Shown here: piece after piece, positions 40,215 through 53,939 of the stretch | Layout of the letters: each line of letters begins with the position of its first letter | How positions within the stretch are numbered: the stretch's first letter is position 1 | From: Eledone cirrhosa | Lineage: Eukaryota | NCBI GenBank assembly: GCA_964016885.1 | Contig: OZ024740.1 | Span: 403,124,001-403,188,000, forward strand | Reading direction: 5' to 3' | DNA length: 64,000 nt | Translations under genes and position numbers: made by a program | The notes under the pieces: model-generated | The model's database searches: none | Told to the model about the DNA's origin: nothing | What the model saw: only the letters and a program-made list of their open reading frames with translations

Positions 40215-41175
40215 TAGGTCTGACGTTTGAGAGTACTCGAGCTCGCGTATTGACACCGGACGGAAACACTGATTACTTTGAGATTCTCGCAGGTGTTCTC
40301 CAAGGCGACGCTTGCACTCTTCCTATTTGCAATTGTCCTCATAGGAAGGAAGAAGAGTTGGGTTTCAAATTGGATCGAAGGATGAGTTGTCGTCACCATC
40401 CAAAAGTTGTCACTGACACAGACTTCACCGATGACATTGCCTTAATCAACTTCGCCGATGAGATTGCCTTAATCACAGAGGAAATCAGCCAAGCTCAAGC
40501 ACTGCTCATACGTGTCGAGGTTGAATCAGGCAAAATATAACTGCATCTCAATGCGAATAAGTCCAAAATCATGCACTACAATCAGGTTGATCCAGCTCCA
40601 GTTCTTGCTAAGGACGATACAACAATCAAAACAATAGAGAAATTTAAGTATCTTGGTGCATGGATACACAGCTCACTCAAGGACTTTGAAGTTAGAAAAG
40701 CACTAGCATACTCGGCATGCCATATGCTACTGAAGTCCGACCTAAACCGCAAAATCAAGGAGCGCCTCTTCCTAGCAACAGTTGAATCCGTCCGGCTTTA
40801 CGGCAGTGAAACGTGGATTATTGACAAAGTGCTATGCAAGCGACTTGACGGATGTTACACGAGGATGTTGAGAATGGCTCTCAACATTTCTTGGAAACAG
40901 AAGTCGACAAATAAAGAATTATACAGGTCACTACCACCACTCTCAAAAAGAGTTGCCTGCCGATGAATGAAACTGGCTGGGCACTGCATCCATCATCCGG
41001 AAGAGATAGCATCTCAACTTGTGCTCTGGAAATCAGGGGTCGGACGAAGAAGCGTGGGAAGACAGGCCGTCTCATTCATTGAAACCCTGCCAACATTGAT
41101 AACATCGACGAACTGAGAAATGTCATGCTTGACCGGGACGATTGGAGAAAGCGTGCTGAATCTTTGCGGTCGAAG
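40215..41175 (+). mobile_element. RTE-clade LINE, 5'-truncated (RT and C-terminus)
   Basis: TPDGNTDYFEILAGVLQGD, DFTDDIAL, FKYLGAWI, LYGSETW, LDGCYTRMLRMALNISW. Confidence 0.9.
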
Positions 41176-41224
41176 AAGATATTGCCTTCTAATGTACGAA
41201 CTCCCATATTATAAATGATATATA

Positions 41225-42476
41225 CAGGGGTTGGACAAATTAATGGAAACACCTTAAAATTTCAAACAAATTTATTTTAATATGGGGTAGGACCGCCTTT
41301 GGCAGTAATTACAGCTTGAATTCTACGAGGTATGGACTCGTACAAAGTTTGAATTGTTTACAAAGGAATTTTTGTCCATTCTTCAGCTAAAACAGTCTCC
41401 AGTTCTTGTAGTGCTGATGGTGGAGGATATCGACTCCTTACTTGTTTTTTCTAAAATGCACCATAAATGTTCAATAATATTGAGATCTGGGGACTGTGGT
41501 GGCCAGATAAGATGTTCAACTACACTAGAATGTTCCTCGTGCCATTCAGTAACAACTTTAGCTGTGTGAATTGGTGTATTATCATCCTGAAAGATTGCGT
41601 TTCCCTCCGGAAACAGTTCCGCAACCATAGGATGAATTTGATCAGATAAAATGCTTAAATAGTTCTGACTATTAATTCTGCCATGAAGGGAAACCATTGG
41701 GCCGGCCGATTTCCAAGATATAGCCCCCCAGATCATCACAGATCCTCCTCCATGTTTAACAGTTGGAAGAAGGCAGTCTGGGTCAAATGCTTCTTTTGGC
41801 TGTCTCCACACGTATAATAGGCTGGTGGTCGGAAATAAGGTAAAGGATGACTCGTCCGAGAAAATAACATTCTTCCACTGCTCTAGGGACCAATTCTGTA
41901 GGTTTTTACTCCACTCTAAACGCTTTGCAAGGTTTGTTTTTGAAAGTAGTGGTTTTCTGATTGCAGCCCTCCCATGAAATCCGGCTTTGTGCAGCTCCCG
42001 GCGAACAATTTTTGTGGAAACCGGGTTCTCGAGGTGGTCATTAAGCTCTGCAGTAATTTTGGGAGCTGTACTTTTGTGATCCTTTCTAACAATTTGCGTA
42101 AGAGTCCGACGGTGCCTATCTGAAAGTTTTGGTTTTCTTCCGGTGTTTTGTTTCGATGAGGAGGTTTTTCCCTCTTTCTCAAAGGATGTCATTACTTTCG
42201 AGACAGTACTTCTTGATACACCAATCATTTCGGCTGTTTTCGTTACGCTAGCGCCTGCCATACGAGCACCAACAATTTGACCTCTTTGAAAAGTCCGATA
42301 GATTACCTTTTTCTGATGATATCTGTAAAGAAACAGCAATTTTAACAAAACATATTAAGCAACACTAATAATAAATCAAAAAACATAAAAATAAACAAGC
42401 TTTTGACGGTTTTATAGATATTCAAAAATTATGATGCTATGATGCTAGGTGTTTCCATTATTTTGTCAAACCCCTG
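41225..42476 (-). mobile_element. Full-length Tc1-family DNA transposon (1252 bp), DD36E type
   Basis: ~28-bp TIRs CAGGGGTT(G/T)GACAAA(T/A)TAATGGAAACACCT; TA TSD at 41223-41224 and 42477-42478. Confidence 0.95.
41278..42312 (-). pseudogene. Tc1 transposase (DD36E), two frameshifts and a stop
   Basis: IFSDES, GGGSVMIWG, FQDDN..(36 aa)..SPDLNIIE; ends GGPTPY* in a shifted frame. Confidence 0.9.
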
Positions 42477-42492
42477 TATATGTGCGTGTGTG

Positions 42493-42652
<160 letters not shown>

Positions 42653-43581
42653 TTTGCGGTTGAGATAAAAATATTTACGCATTTCAATGGCTACGAACAT
42701 CTCTCAAGAGTTTTAGATCGAAATTGTATTAGACTAAAGATAACTTCTCAATCAGAAAGATAATTAATAAGAGAACAACATAGTATAAAATAGATTATTA
42801 AATATTTATGAAAGTATACTATGATTAATTCAAATAATCCACTAATTGATAAAAAATACTTAAGATAAAATGTTATATATTTTATTTTAAAACATTCACA
42901 TCGTTCGACACCAATCTAATCATAAAAACTCCCGATTGAAACACAAATTCCTTCTTATTATCTTTTAGACAGAGATTCATGTCACGTGTTATTTATAGAA
43001 ATATCAGCAGGGTATTTGTTGAAAATTTCAGAAAATTGGAAAGTTGAATAAACGCCGTCGGATATTTGTTCTAACTCTCTGAGCGTTGAGTTCAAATCCA
43101 ACCGAAGTCAACTTTGGGATCGATAAATAAAGTATTAGTCCAGTGCGATGAATTGATAGAATTGGAATATTGTTAGAGTGTTGGCCGAGATTCCTTGCGG
43201 TATCGCTTCCAGTTCTTTGTATTCTGACACTGGTCCCAAGCTGTATCGGGCCATATATTTTATTTGGTCAACATCAGTGGTGTGGAGAAAGGAAATTTTC
43301 CCGTATGTGCAACTGTAGGTTTTCCATGCAAAGATATATTTCTCCAGCTTGCGCTTCTTAAGTGAAATGCATGCGTGCAGATCTATGCTTTCACGAGATA
43401 TATATAGTTTCGTTAACATTACACAATGACTAGTACCTTGTTTAAAACAGTAGATTGAACACGTACAGGCAAACGACCTCTAGAAATACAACAAAACGCC
43501 ATCACTATATTTCAACTTCGAGTATGTGAGATAATAGCACGATTATTTATGTACAACATATTGTCTCCTACACACACATAC

Positions 43582-43660
<79 letters not shown>

Positions 43661-46117
43661 ATCATGATTTGCATGTGTGCAAATGTGTGCTTACGTGTTT
43701 CTGTATTATTGTATTTACATATGCTTCTATAGATTTAATAATATATTATATGTATTCCCATACACTTATCTATCTACATATAAGTGCATGTGTGTGAGTT
43801 TGAGCGTGTGTCTGTATGTGTGTGTGTGTGTGTGAACAGAATACGGAATTTGAATTCATTCCAAGATAATTACAGTAAAGATTGCTCATTTAGAGTAAAT
43901 CCCAAGAGAATTAGTTTAGAATATTATTCATTGAATATTATTATACATAACAGGAACAAAATGTAGTCACAACTGCTTTCCTCTCATCGTAAGATATCAA
44001 TGTCACTTCTTTGAAGGTATATATTAAATATTAATGGATTTCTCCGTTATTTTAATTATTTTAAATTCAAAACTTGGCGTCGGTTTGTCGATGATATTTC
44101 GGCGCATTTTGGCTACTAAAACATTATGTAAATTGTAATATTAGCTGATTTGGGAAGAAAGAACGTAATTTGAACAAGTTTCTATCTTTCTCACGTGTCT
44201 ATTGTTTATTCCTTTGTTGAAATATTCAAATATGTATGGCCATTATTCGAAGTTTTGTAAAAGATGCCGTGTGTAATTTGAGGGAAAGTTAACTAGTATT
44301 TCTAGCAGGTTCAGCAACCTTAGAAAGTCTCCCCTGCTTCTCCGGGTATCGATTGTTGTTAGGGAATGATGGCTATACAGCTGGAATTGATGGTTTGCAC
44401 TATATGTTTCAGTGTATTTTTGTTGAGTTCTACTGTCAAATCCCACCAACTAGAAATATAATGACTATCACTTCATTAATAAAACACTCTTTCTCTTTCT
44501 TTCTCTTTCTTTCTCTTTCTTTCTCTTTCTTTCTCTTTCTTTCTCTTTCTTTCTCTTTCTTTCTCCTCTCCCTCCCTCTATCTCTCTCTCTCTCTCTCTC
44601 TCTCATTTACTCTATTTCTCTCTCTGTCACTCTCTTACTCTCCCCCTCCCTCTCATTCAACGAAAGAAAAATCTTGGATTCGTTCAAAATGATCAACATA
44701 TTTCAACTAAGACAATCAGAATTATTGGGCTTCTCTTGTCCTCTGTGGGGTGTAATTGTTTATGTGTACAAGGGGTTCGTATACACATTCCATTTTGTTG
44801 CCAAATATGGTTTGAAATGTAATTTATTAGATGCACAGAGAAGTCTATATAAGATGTCCGGTGTTGTATCATTTTTCATTTCTTTTGGATTTTTAGCTAT
44901 TACAACTGAAGCACTACGGGTGCACCACCGTAATATAATGGAAATTATAAAAATCTGCTTACTTAAATTCTTAGATCGGCAGTTTTATTAAGAGAATAAC
45001 TCGAAGGAGTAGTCAGCAATGTATCTACGAATTCGTGAGTTTCTTTGTAATAAAATTAATGCAATAATAATTATTTTCTAAGTGAATTTTGGTTCACATA
45101 GCAATCTGTTACGGCTGAGGTTTGAAGATATATATCTACTTTTCTTTTAAATTTAATAATTATAGATCAATAAGTTGCATTACTACCGGATTCAATCTAG
45201 ATAAAAATGTTATATCTGTGTTGAAATAATCTATTATAGTATAGAAAGTGCAGGCAAATTGTGTAGAGGTTATATATACAGATACGCTGACCAGCTAGCA
45301 AATGGAGATAAAAGTTTACACTTTAGTACATTAATAAGTATTGGGTCAGTGCTGGTGTAGTTAATTATTGACGATATATTTCAAGTTCATTCACAAATTT
45401 TACTCTATTTTTATCGTTGGATAGTCGTTGGGGAAATCAGAAGACAAAAGCTTCAACATTTATTGTGTATTTCTTACATGTTATCACGAGTAACTCAAAT
45501 TTCCTTTCTGATTATCATAAGTAACTCATCTAACACTTTCTTCTCTCATAATTCTACGTCTATAAATCCATAGTCTTTAAAATAAAAAGAAAACTCTATA
45601 CTGGATTAAACAGCATCCAGTCTCACAGGTCTTCTTTCGACTAAGCTATAAACATTCAAATTGATAGCTCTATCACTGCCTTTGGTAGGCTTGGGACAAT
45701 AACAAACGACATACGTATTTAGTTATTGCATAATATTATAAAGATTTAAACAAGACAAGCATGAGTTGAACAGGAGTTCAACTACGTGTCTTGTGTTGCC
45801 AAAAGCATGTAACTGCCGTACATGTGGATCACCCTTTTCACATTCAAAGTGTTGACTGTGATATAATACGTAATAGCAATTAATGATTAGAGATTTGTAG
45901 ATATTAATATAGCTTTACAATGCTTAATATTTTATGGCAAGAAAAGAATAAATTGTTGTGAACACTAATAATGCATTTCCCCATAACTGTAATGGTGACA
46001 GTAAAATGAACTTGCATTAACAGAAAATAAGAAATAGGCTGCAGTCTCGACAAGCATTAACACATACATACTTACATACGTGTATACATACATACGTATG
46101 TACCGTACGTACGTATG

Positions 46118-46280
46118 TGAAGAATCCTTCCAGGAGTGCATGCAAGCGTGGCAGAAAAGTATGGAAAAGTGCATTAGACTCCAGGGGGATTACTTTGAAG
46201 GGGAAAACTCTTAGTGTGAAGTTTGGGTTTGAAATAAATTTTCTGTGACATCAGTCCTGGAACTTTTCTGACACACCTCG
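46118..46280 (+). mobile_element. Mariner transposon 3' end fragment
   Basis: EESFQECMQAWQKSMEKCIRLQGDYFEG* followed by a terminal ..CTGACACACCTCG|TA. Confidence 0.8.
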
Positions 46281-46284
46281 TATA

Positions 46285-46318
<34 letters not shown>

Positions 46319-46328
46319 TATAGATATA

Positions 46329-46650
46329 TATAAGGAAAAGAAATCGAAAATGTTACTGGAGTGTTTTTAAGTATATTTATTTATTTCCTTTACCGGTTTC
46401 AGAGTTCTTATGCTTTTCAAAAGAAGAATTGAGATGGAGGGTTTGTTGTTTCTCTCGCATCTGATGCGAGAGAAACCACAAACCCTCCATCTCAATTTTA
46501 CTTTTGAAAAGCATAAGAACTGTGAAACCGGTAAAGGAAATAAATAAATATACTTAAAAACACTCCAGTAGCATTTTCGATTTCTTTTCCTTATACTTCA
46601 CCCGTATAGGACATCTGGGTTTTTTTTATTAAAAAAACTCCTTTTCTCAT
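46329..46650 (+). mobile_element. Fold-back element with 133-bp arms and hammerhead-like motif
   Basis: 46329-46595 palindromic about 46462 without indels; CTT-TTGAAAA-GCA/TGT-GAAA-CCGG-TA-AAG at 46501-46536. Confidence 0.75.
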
Positions 46651-46691
46651 ATATATATATGTGTGTGTGTGTCTGTGTGTATGTAATGTAT

Positions 46692-46745
<54 letters not shown>

Positions 46746-46923
46746 GGTAATTCCAAAGGAAAAGCAAAGGAAAAAAGAATGCTCTATGTATAGCACAGAG
46801 CTATTTAATTAGAAAGTGGACAACACAAAATATAACTACTCCATTTCCAGACTTATATTATTATCGTCTGTGATCCAGAAACCTTTGGTAATAGAATAGT
46901 TATAATTTGTGATGTTCACTTTC

Positions 46924-46980
<57 letters not shown>

Positions 46981-46988
<8 letters not shown>

Positions 46989-47270
46989 ACAGGAGGCTGG
47001 ACTTGTGTAAATCCTTGAAAGGTATATTATACTATGATCATACGGAACCCGGTCATTGAAATGATCATAGTATAATAAACCTTTCAAGGATTTACACCAG
47101 TCCAGCCTCCTGTTATTTTATTTTATATATAATTAACTCCGTATTCGCACCACCAACTACACAAACGAACATGGGTGAACTGCACTGCGTTGAGTACTCA
47201 CCATATTATTACATCATGATTGACCATACGGAATTGACCAGGTCTATCCAGTGGTGAACCTTCAAACCTA
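46981..47270 (+). mobile_element. Fold-back element (61-bp arms) with hammerhead 3' half
   Basis: 46981-47041 / 47061-47121; CATT-GAAA-TGATCA-TA at 47054-47069; flanked by (TA)n. Confidence 0.7.
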
Positions 47271-47271
47271 A

Positions 47272-47302
<31 letters not shown>

Positions 47303-48559
47303 TATTTACAGTCATAAGTAAAACTACAACAAGAACAGCAGCCATACAACATACTATAGAATAAAATCCCCTATAGACAACTGCTAACCACTGAGTTGAA
47401 AATAGATTTTCTCGTACGTTGTTACCATATAGAAATTTTATGCGATAGTCAACTTCGTCAAGAATCATACTACAAGTACCACTCTCAGACGTCCTATTTT
47501 TGTGTATATTCAATGATTATTCTTTTACAAAGAATTCTTCTATGTTGGCAGACAGATAATATTTCAAACACTTATTGCAATATTTGTTTATTATAATTTG
47601 GCTGTCATCCAAGAATTGAAAACCATAATTATTCACTATCCACAAGGAAAGATTGAATTACATTGCTTTCTGACAATTATTCTATAAAAGGTTATTGTTG
47701 CCGTGTGTGTATAAAAAGATGGAATCGCGTTTAATTAGCAAAAATCATAGAAATATAGAAGCGAAACTAAATCGATTTTGTATCTTATACTTATGAAGAA
47801 TTCGAATGTGCTGGGGAAACATACATAAATACACACGCATACACACAGAGTCACACACACATACATACACGCACACATACATACAAGCACACATACATAC
47901 ACGCAACACACACATGCACTCATACACACAAACAAGGCAAAACGAAAAACAATATATATATACATATATATATAAGCTTGTATTTTATTCGCTGTCTTCA
48001 TATATATATATCCATGTTTGCGTATGTATGTGTATATGTACACATATATATGTGTGTGTGTGTGTATACATATATGCGTGTGTGTGTCTGTGTGTGTGTA
48101 TGTATGTATGTATGTATGTATATATGTACACATATATATATATATGTGTGTGTGTGTATACATATATATATGTGTGTGTGTGTGTGTATGTATATATAAA
48201 TAAGCGTGTGCGTGTGTGTGTTTACGCACATATATATATATATATATGTGTGTGTATGTGTATATATATATATGTGTGTGTGAGGATACTATATACAAAA
48301 GTATTTATAGCCTTGTTCTAAAGCAATTTTGCAAGAATTAGGACTAAGTCGAAATCACTTTCTCTCAACCGGTGTGATCTCTCTAGCGATTTGAAGTCGA
48401 AAATTGTTTGTGAGAAATACAAGAAATACATAGTTACACAGAATTAATTAAATATTATACTCTATAGAATGTTACGTGATGTATACGTACATAATTTTAA
48501 TATATTAATATCTTAATTATACTTTTGAATTGAGCTACAACATAACTTGTTGCTAGACA

Positions 48560-48840
48560 TCCGTTGATTTCGACGATGAATGTTACAACTGTTCATACAG
48601 TAGAACAGCCTACCTATGAAATTAACGTTGTTTCTAAAGACACGTACACCTTAACGTTGTTCTCCGCGAGATAAAGCGTGACATACTGCGTGATCTAGCA
48701 GGCTCTTTGCAGTACAGGTACAATTCATTTTTGTCATCTGAGTAAACTGAGGCAACGAGAAATAATGTGTCTTGCTCGGGAATGACGCACGCTGCCAGGG
48801 ATCGAACTCATGGCCACAAAATGACGCTTCTTCACTAACA
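48560..48840 (-). mobile_element. Diverged tRNA-derived SINE (family B-like)
   Basis: Minus strand GAGTTCGATCCC..CCCGAGCAAGACACATT..ACTCAG. Confidence 0.55.
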
Positions 48841-49184
48841 CAAATCGATGACATACAAAATAGCCGCATATCTCTCTGCTTGCATCAATCGAATGCCCAA
48901 TCACGAATTAGACAATATACTGTAAAATCGTTAGTAATGTTGTCTAGACTCTTTCGGGAACATTCTGACAACGATGGCTTAAATCTCATTAAAGTAAAAT
49001 GTCTACCTGGTGTACAGAAGTCACACATATTTCGGGGTAAGGATATAGTCGAATATATCGACGACAGTACTGAAATATTTCGTTCTGTAACTTCGGGTAG
49101 ATGAAAGGCAAAATAGTTATTGGTAAGATTAAACAATATATAATGGGAATCATAGCAATATCATATGATGTCGCTCTACAAAAA

Positions 49185-50012
49185 AAAATGGGGTTCCTCC
49201 GGTCTTTGGAGTAACGTTACTCGATAGAGTGCGTAGCTCGGAAATCAAAGAGTCACTTTAGGTAGAGCCGCTACTTCTCCGAATTGGGAGACCACAGCTC
49301 TGATACTATTTTGGTAAGAGTTGTTGTCACCAATTTAGCGGAGAAGTATTTAGAGAGTTGTAATGTTGCCACGAGGAACCATCTTTGGTAGAAAGATATG
49401 ATAGGAATATCGACAACGACTTTAGCTTGTTTTTACATTATTTATTAACAAAGGTTGAGCTGGCATGCCAAGAGAAATAAAACAAACGAATTAAGATTTC
49501 AGAAAGACACGGGCTACTGGCTGAGAGAAGCGTTGTCAGGCCGTGGTTAAATTGTTGTGTTACATATTGGCTAGTGATTTCACGGCGAAAGAAAAATAGT
49601 TGTTTACTTAAGCACGGTCGAGCTGGAAGCGTCTATGAGTTTCCTCAAATCTTCGCGGGCTATTTTTCCCTCAGAACGCGTAGGGATACATCTTCTTCTC
49701 CTGGCGCTGATTGGCTGAGCTGAGCCAAATCACGCACAGAGAATGCATGTGAGCCCGCGGAATGTAGGTCACTACACTATGAATATGCGGTTAGAATGTC
49801 TCAGGAAGAATCACTGGAGAGATTCTACGGGTAAAACCAACCGGCAGCAGACCTAGAGGTAGACCCCGAGCAAGATGGTTGGATTGACTGGTCTCGCTTG
49901 GGAATCTAGCCGGGTCAGTTGAAGACGGTTGCTTCTGACAGGAGCAACTTAAAGGAGCTTTTTATGAATCTGACCCTACGACCCTCTCAGGAATAAGAGG
50001 ACGAAGAAGAAG
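49185..50012 (+). mobile_element. RTE 3' fragment split by a nested insertion
   Basis: Homology to 16855-17225 stops at 49309 and resumes at 49777. Confidence 0.8.
49310..49776. mobile_element. Probable solo LTR (467 bp) with 4-bp TSD CTAT
   Basis: CTAT at 49306-49309 and 49777-49780; ends ..CACTACA; other end degenerate (TTTGGTAA vs TGTAGTGA). Confidence 0.65.
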
Positions 50013-50903
50013 GTATTGATGTCAACTCGCAGTGCTCTTTTCAAACCCACGAAAGAACCAACTCTATTTACATTACCTTTCAGACATTGTTAACGATCTC
50101 GCGTATCTACAGAAACAATTAATGCCAAAATCAGTTTAAATATTTTAGGCGAATTTTACCCAACTAATATTGTAAACACGCTGCAGTAGAAGTTTATGGC
50201 TTTATTTTATCCGTAGCTTTCTAAATTGTAATTCCCATAAATATTACATTGATATAAAGGTTTGATATAAGGACCATGGATCTTTAAATCATAAGACCTT
50301 TAAAGTTGGCGGCACTTTCAATTTATCATTTCATTTCCCAAAGATATTTTCATTAATATGATAATATTATTTACATTCAATAATTCATTTCAGATTCCTT
50401 TAATTGTTAATCCACACCAAGACGGCTCTTGAAAGAAAAATGCACCTGCAGATATATACACCTATTTGCTACCTGTTTTTCTTCAAATTCCATATAGTAC
50501 ACACCTACAAAATGTATCTCAAGACTACACTTTTGTAGTATCATGGGGAAGTTCATCTAAGATCAGCAGCAGACCCTGTACAAAATTTACGTGTGACTCA
50601 TATTAGAGTACTTCTAACTTATCTGACATGTGTCTGATACAAAATATATCATTCTTCAGAGTAGCAAAGATACACTTACCAACATGATACGACTATTAGA
50701 TCAGGGACGAACAGTTTCTTCTCTGATTTTACGTTGGTTGCATGGAAAAGGGGTTTGATTCGAAACTACATCCTTCTGGTTTCAATCTCGTCGTCCAGCG
50801 ACATGCATAAATCTCTTTCCTATCGCTATGGATTGACCAATGCCTTACGAGTGGAATTTGATGGACGGACGCTACAGAAGCCCATTGTATATATATATAT
50901 ATT

Positions 50904-50987
<84 letters not shown>

Positions 50988-50992
<5 letters not shown>

Positions 50993-51188
50993 TCGTTTTT
51001 GTTTTGCGAGATTTCTTATCTGAAAAACGTGTGTTGAAACAGATGAGATATTGTTATACTATGGTAGGGTCATGTTGCCAATAAAAACACACACACCTGT
51101 TGGTTTTCACTTCAATTTATTATAAATTTGGTTGGTGTGTCTCTCCTTTGTTCTGTCCTACACCATCTTGTTATTGTGTGTTGTGTGT

Positions 51189-51192
<4 letters not shown>
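50988..51192 (-). mobile_element. Family H2 element lacking the hammerhead segment
   Basis: Shares CTTATCTGAAAA..GGGTCATGTTGCCAATAA and GTCCTAC.CCATCTTG with 32150-32590. Confidence 0.65.
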
Positions 51193-51226
<34 letters not shown>

Positions 51227-51355
51227 AATGTTATATTTAATTTGTTGGAATTCAACAAATTTAAAAGTTTTATAACTGATATAAAGCACTCAACCGATGG
51301 TGGAGTAAATATTCATTATATTAATAAATGGAGACTATATTTATAAAACCATAAT

Positions 51356-51421
51356 TATTTTATTATATATATTTCAAGGGCAACCAAGGCAAATTTTGGT
51401 GCGCTTTCCTCAGATAAAATA
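51356..51421 (-). ncRNA. Type I hammerhead ribozyme (family H1), intact core
   Basis: TATTTTAT-CTGAGGA-AAGCGCACCAA/TTGGTTGCCCTT-GAAA-TATATA-TA-ATAAAATA; 8-bp stem I; predicted cut between 51364 and 51363. Confidence 0.8.
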
Positions 51422-51486
51422 CAAAATTTGTTTTATAAATGTTGACATACCCGCAGAAAAAGAACCTTGGCGGTTGGAGGTTCGCT

Positions 51487-51554
<68 letters not shown>

Positions 51555-51729
51555 AGGAGGTTTTTTTTTATTGTAGTACAATAAAGCAATGCAGATATCG
51601 GATAAGAAGCACTCTACAGTTTGTAGGACTGGAGTATACATAATATATAAGATCAAAAGATGGTTAAAATATGTTGATTTAAAACTGCACTATCCACAAG
51701 TGTTTTTTAACCTTCATATCATGTCTTCC

Positions 51730-51800
51730 TATTTTATCTGATGAAAACACAAATGTTATTGCATGATGATATTTGTTTTTGAAATGCGCATAATAAAATA
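51730..51800 (+). ncRNA. Type I hammerhead ribozyme (family H1), intact core
   Basis: TATTTTAT-CTGATGA(51738-51744)-long stem II(51745-51780)-GAAA-TGCGCA-TA-ATAAAATA; predicted cut after 51792. Confidence 0.85.
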
Positions 51801-51827
51801 CATGGAACTCTTTTAACCATCTTTGAT

Positions 51828-51894
<67 letters not shown>

Positions 51895-52371
51895 CAAGGC
51901 AACAACAAACATAAGTACAAAAAGTCTTATTCGTTTCACGCTTTGTATGGAAAAGGGGAAATAATGTTTGACATGTCACACTTTAGCTCTTCTTCAGGAG
52001 TACAAAAGTAGAGAGACAAGATCACAAAGGGTAAGCATCTTATACAAAAAAGTGGATCAGATTGCTATACGTTAGAAGTACAGTTTGTAGTTTGAAGAAG
52101 ATCGCGGGGTTGGGTATCAGATTTTGTGGTAATTCCGCGCCTAAAATTGAGAGAGTCATGGTTATTTCAGTTTTATGAGAGAACGTGGGTTGTTATTGTT
52201 CAGTAAGTAGCCGGGTGCACAAGCATATTTTCTCTATTTTGAATAAATATATTTTCTTTAATTTATTCGTATGTTGTATGTGTATATATATATGTGTGTG
52301 TAGCAATGGCGATTTATTTCCTTCTCTGTTTGGCTACAGAGTATCATGCGACAACATAATAATGATTACTT

Positions 52372-52788
52372 ATGTAGGCTCAAGGCCAGCAATTTGGGGG
52401 AGAGGGGAAAGTCGATTAAATCGACCTCAGTGCGTGACTGGTACTTTATTTTATCGACCCCGTAAGGATGAAAGGCAAAGTTAATCTCGGCGAGATTTGA
52501 ACTCAGATCATAAAGAGCTATAACTCTATGCTGCAAAGCATGGTGTCCGACCCTCTACCGATACTGCCAATCCACCGCCCTAATAACAGTAGTAATAATA
52601 ATTGTTTCTACTTTAGGCACAAGGCCAGCAATTACCCAGTGCATTACTGGTACTTTATTTTATCGACCCCGTAAGGATGAAAGGCAAATTCAACCTCGGC
52701 GGGATTTGAACTCAGATCGTAAAGGGACGTAACTATGCTGGAAAGCATGGCGTCCGACCCTCTACTGATACTGCCAATCCACCGCCCT
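52372..52788 (-). mobile_element. Two tandem SINE family A copies
   Basis: ~52372-52580 (longer variant) and ~52600-52788. Confidence 0.9.
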
Positions 52789-53489
52789 GTAGTAATAATG
52801 ATGATGATAATAATTCCATTAGCAAATCTCTTTAGAGTCTATTCAGGTGTGGCTTGTATTTTTGAATACATACATTTTCTTTATTTGTATTGGATCTGTG
52901 GTATTATTTGGACAAAGTATAGTGGGAAAAATTGGAATCTAAGAGACATTTTTATTGCACATTGTCTAAATGCTCACTAAATTGTATCTGTCTTGTAGCA
53001 GATTCTCGAATTTGTTGCTGATGAATTCTGTTTCTGGTGGTGAGTTTCTTTTGGCCTATGCAATCATATTTGCATACTTTACATTTAATGGCATATTTTA
53101 AATTCTTTGATGGACAAGTTAAATGATTTTTTTCGAAAAAGATTTGTCCTGTTTGAAATGTATACAGTGTGTCTTCAACGACGTTAATGCAAGTTGCGAA
53201 TTAAAGACTATCACAATTTTTTACTTTTGATGTTGGGTTTGTGGTAGGTAATTTGGCGCTGGTGTGTAAGTATTTTAAGAAATTTTGGTTTACTTTTGCT
53301 TTCGAGTATTTTGTGTTTCAGATACTATTTTCCTTCTTGGGTCTTGTCTCAATAGTGCGATGTTATTTTGGATAATTATGCATACATGCAAACATACATA
53401 CATACATACATACATACATACATACATACATACATACATACATACATACATACATACATACATACATACATACATACATACATACATAG

Positions 53490-53709
53490 ATGGTGGCTGC
53501 CAACTCGTTTTCGATTACGACCACTCCTTTATATCCATGTAGAAGAACCCCTACCGATGCGCTGAACGAGTGTGACTTTTTAGTCCAGCCAGCGACTTGA
53601 AAACTCTGGTACAAACACTACACTTGTGACAATTATTGACACATAGTGCTAGGCCCATGGTACCATGTGACGACAAGTGTAGAGAGATCTCCAGATATAA
53701 AGCAATGCA
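53490..53709 (-). mobile_element. 5'-truncated copy of the RTE-derived short element, embedded in (CATA)n
   Basis: Reverse complement of ~62248-62464; encodes CSVCTRVFKSLAGLKSHTRSAH. Confidence 0.85.
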
Positions 53710-53775
53710 TACATACATACATACATACATACATACATACATACATACATACATACATACATACATAATATATAC

Positions 53776-53809
<34 letters not shown>

Positions 53810-53838
53810 ATATGTTTGTATATATGTATATATATATA

Positions 53839-53939
<101 letters not shown>

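Noticed and set aside
43222-43255. Twister-like GGTCCCAAGC
   Set aside because: No surrounding twister stems or pseudoknot partners visible
51915-52005. Minus-strand CTGAAGA...GAAACGAATA hammerhead candidate
   Set aside because: Stems I and II do not pair convincingly
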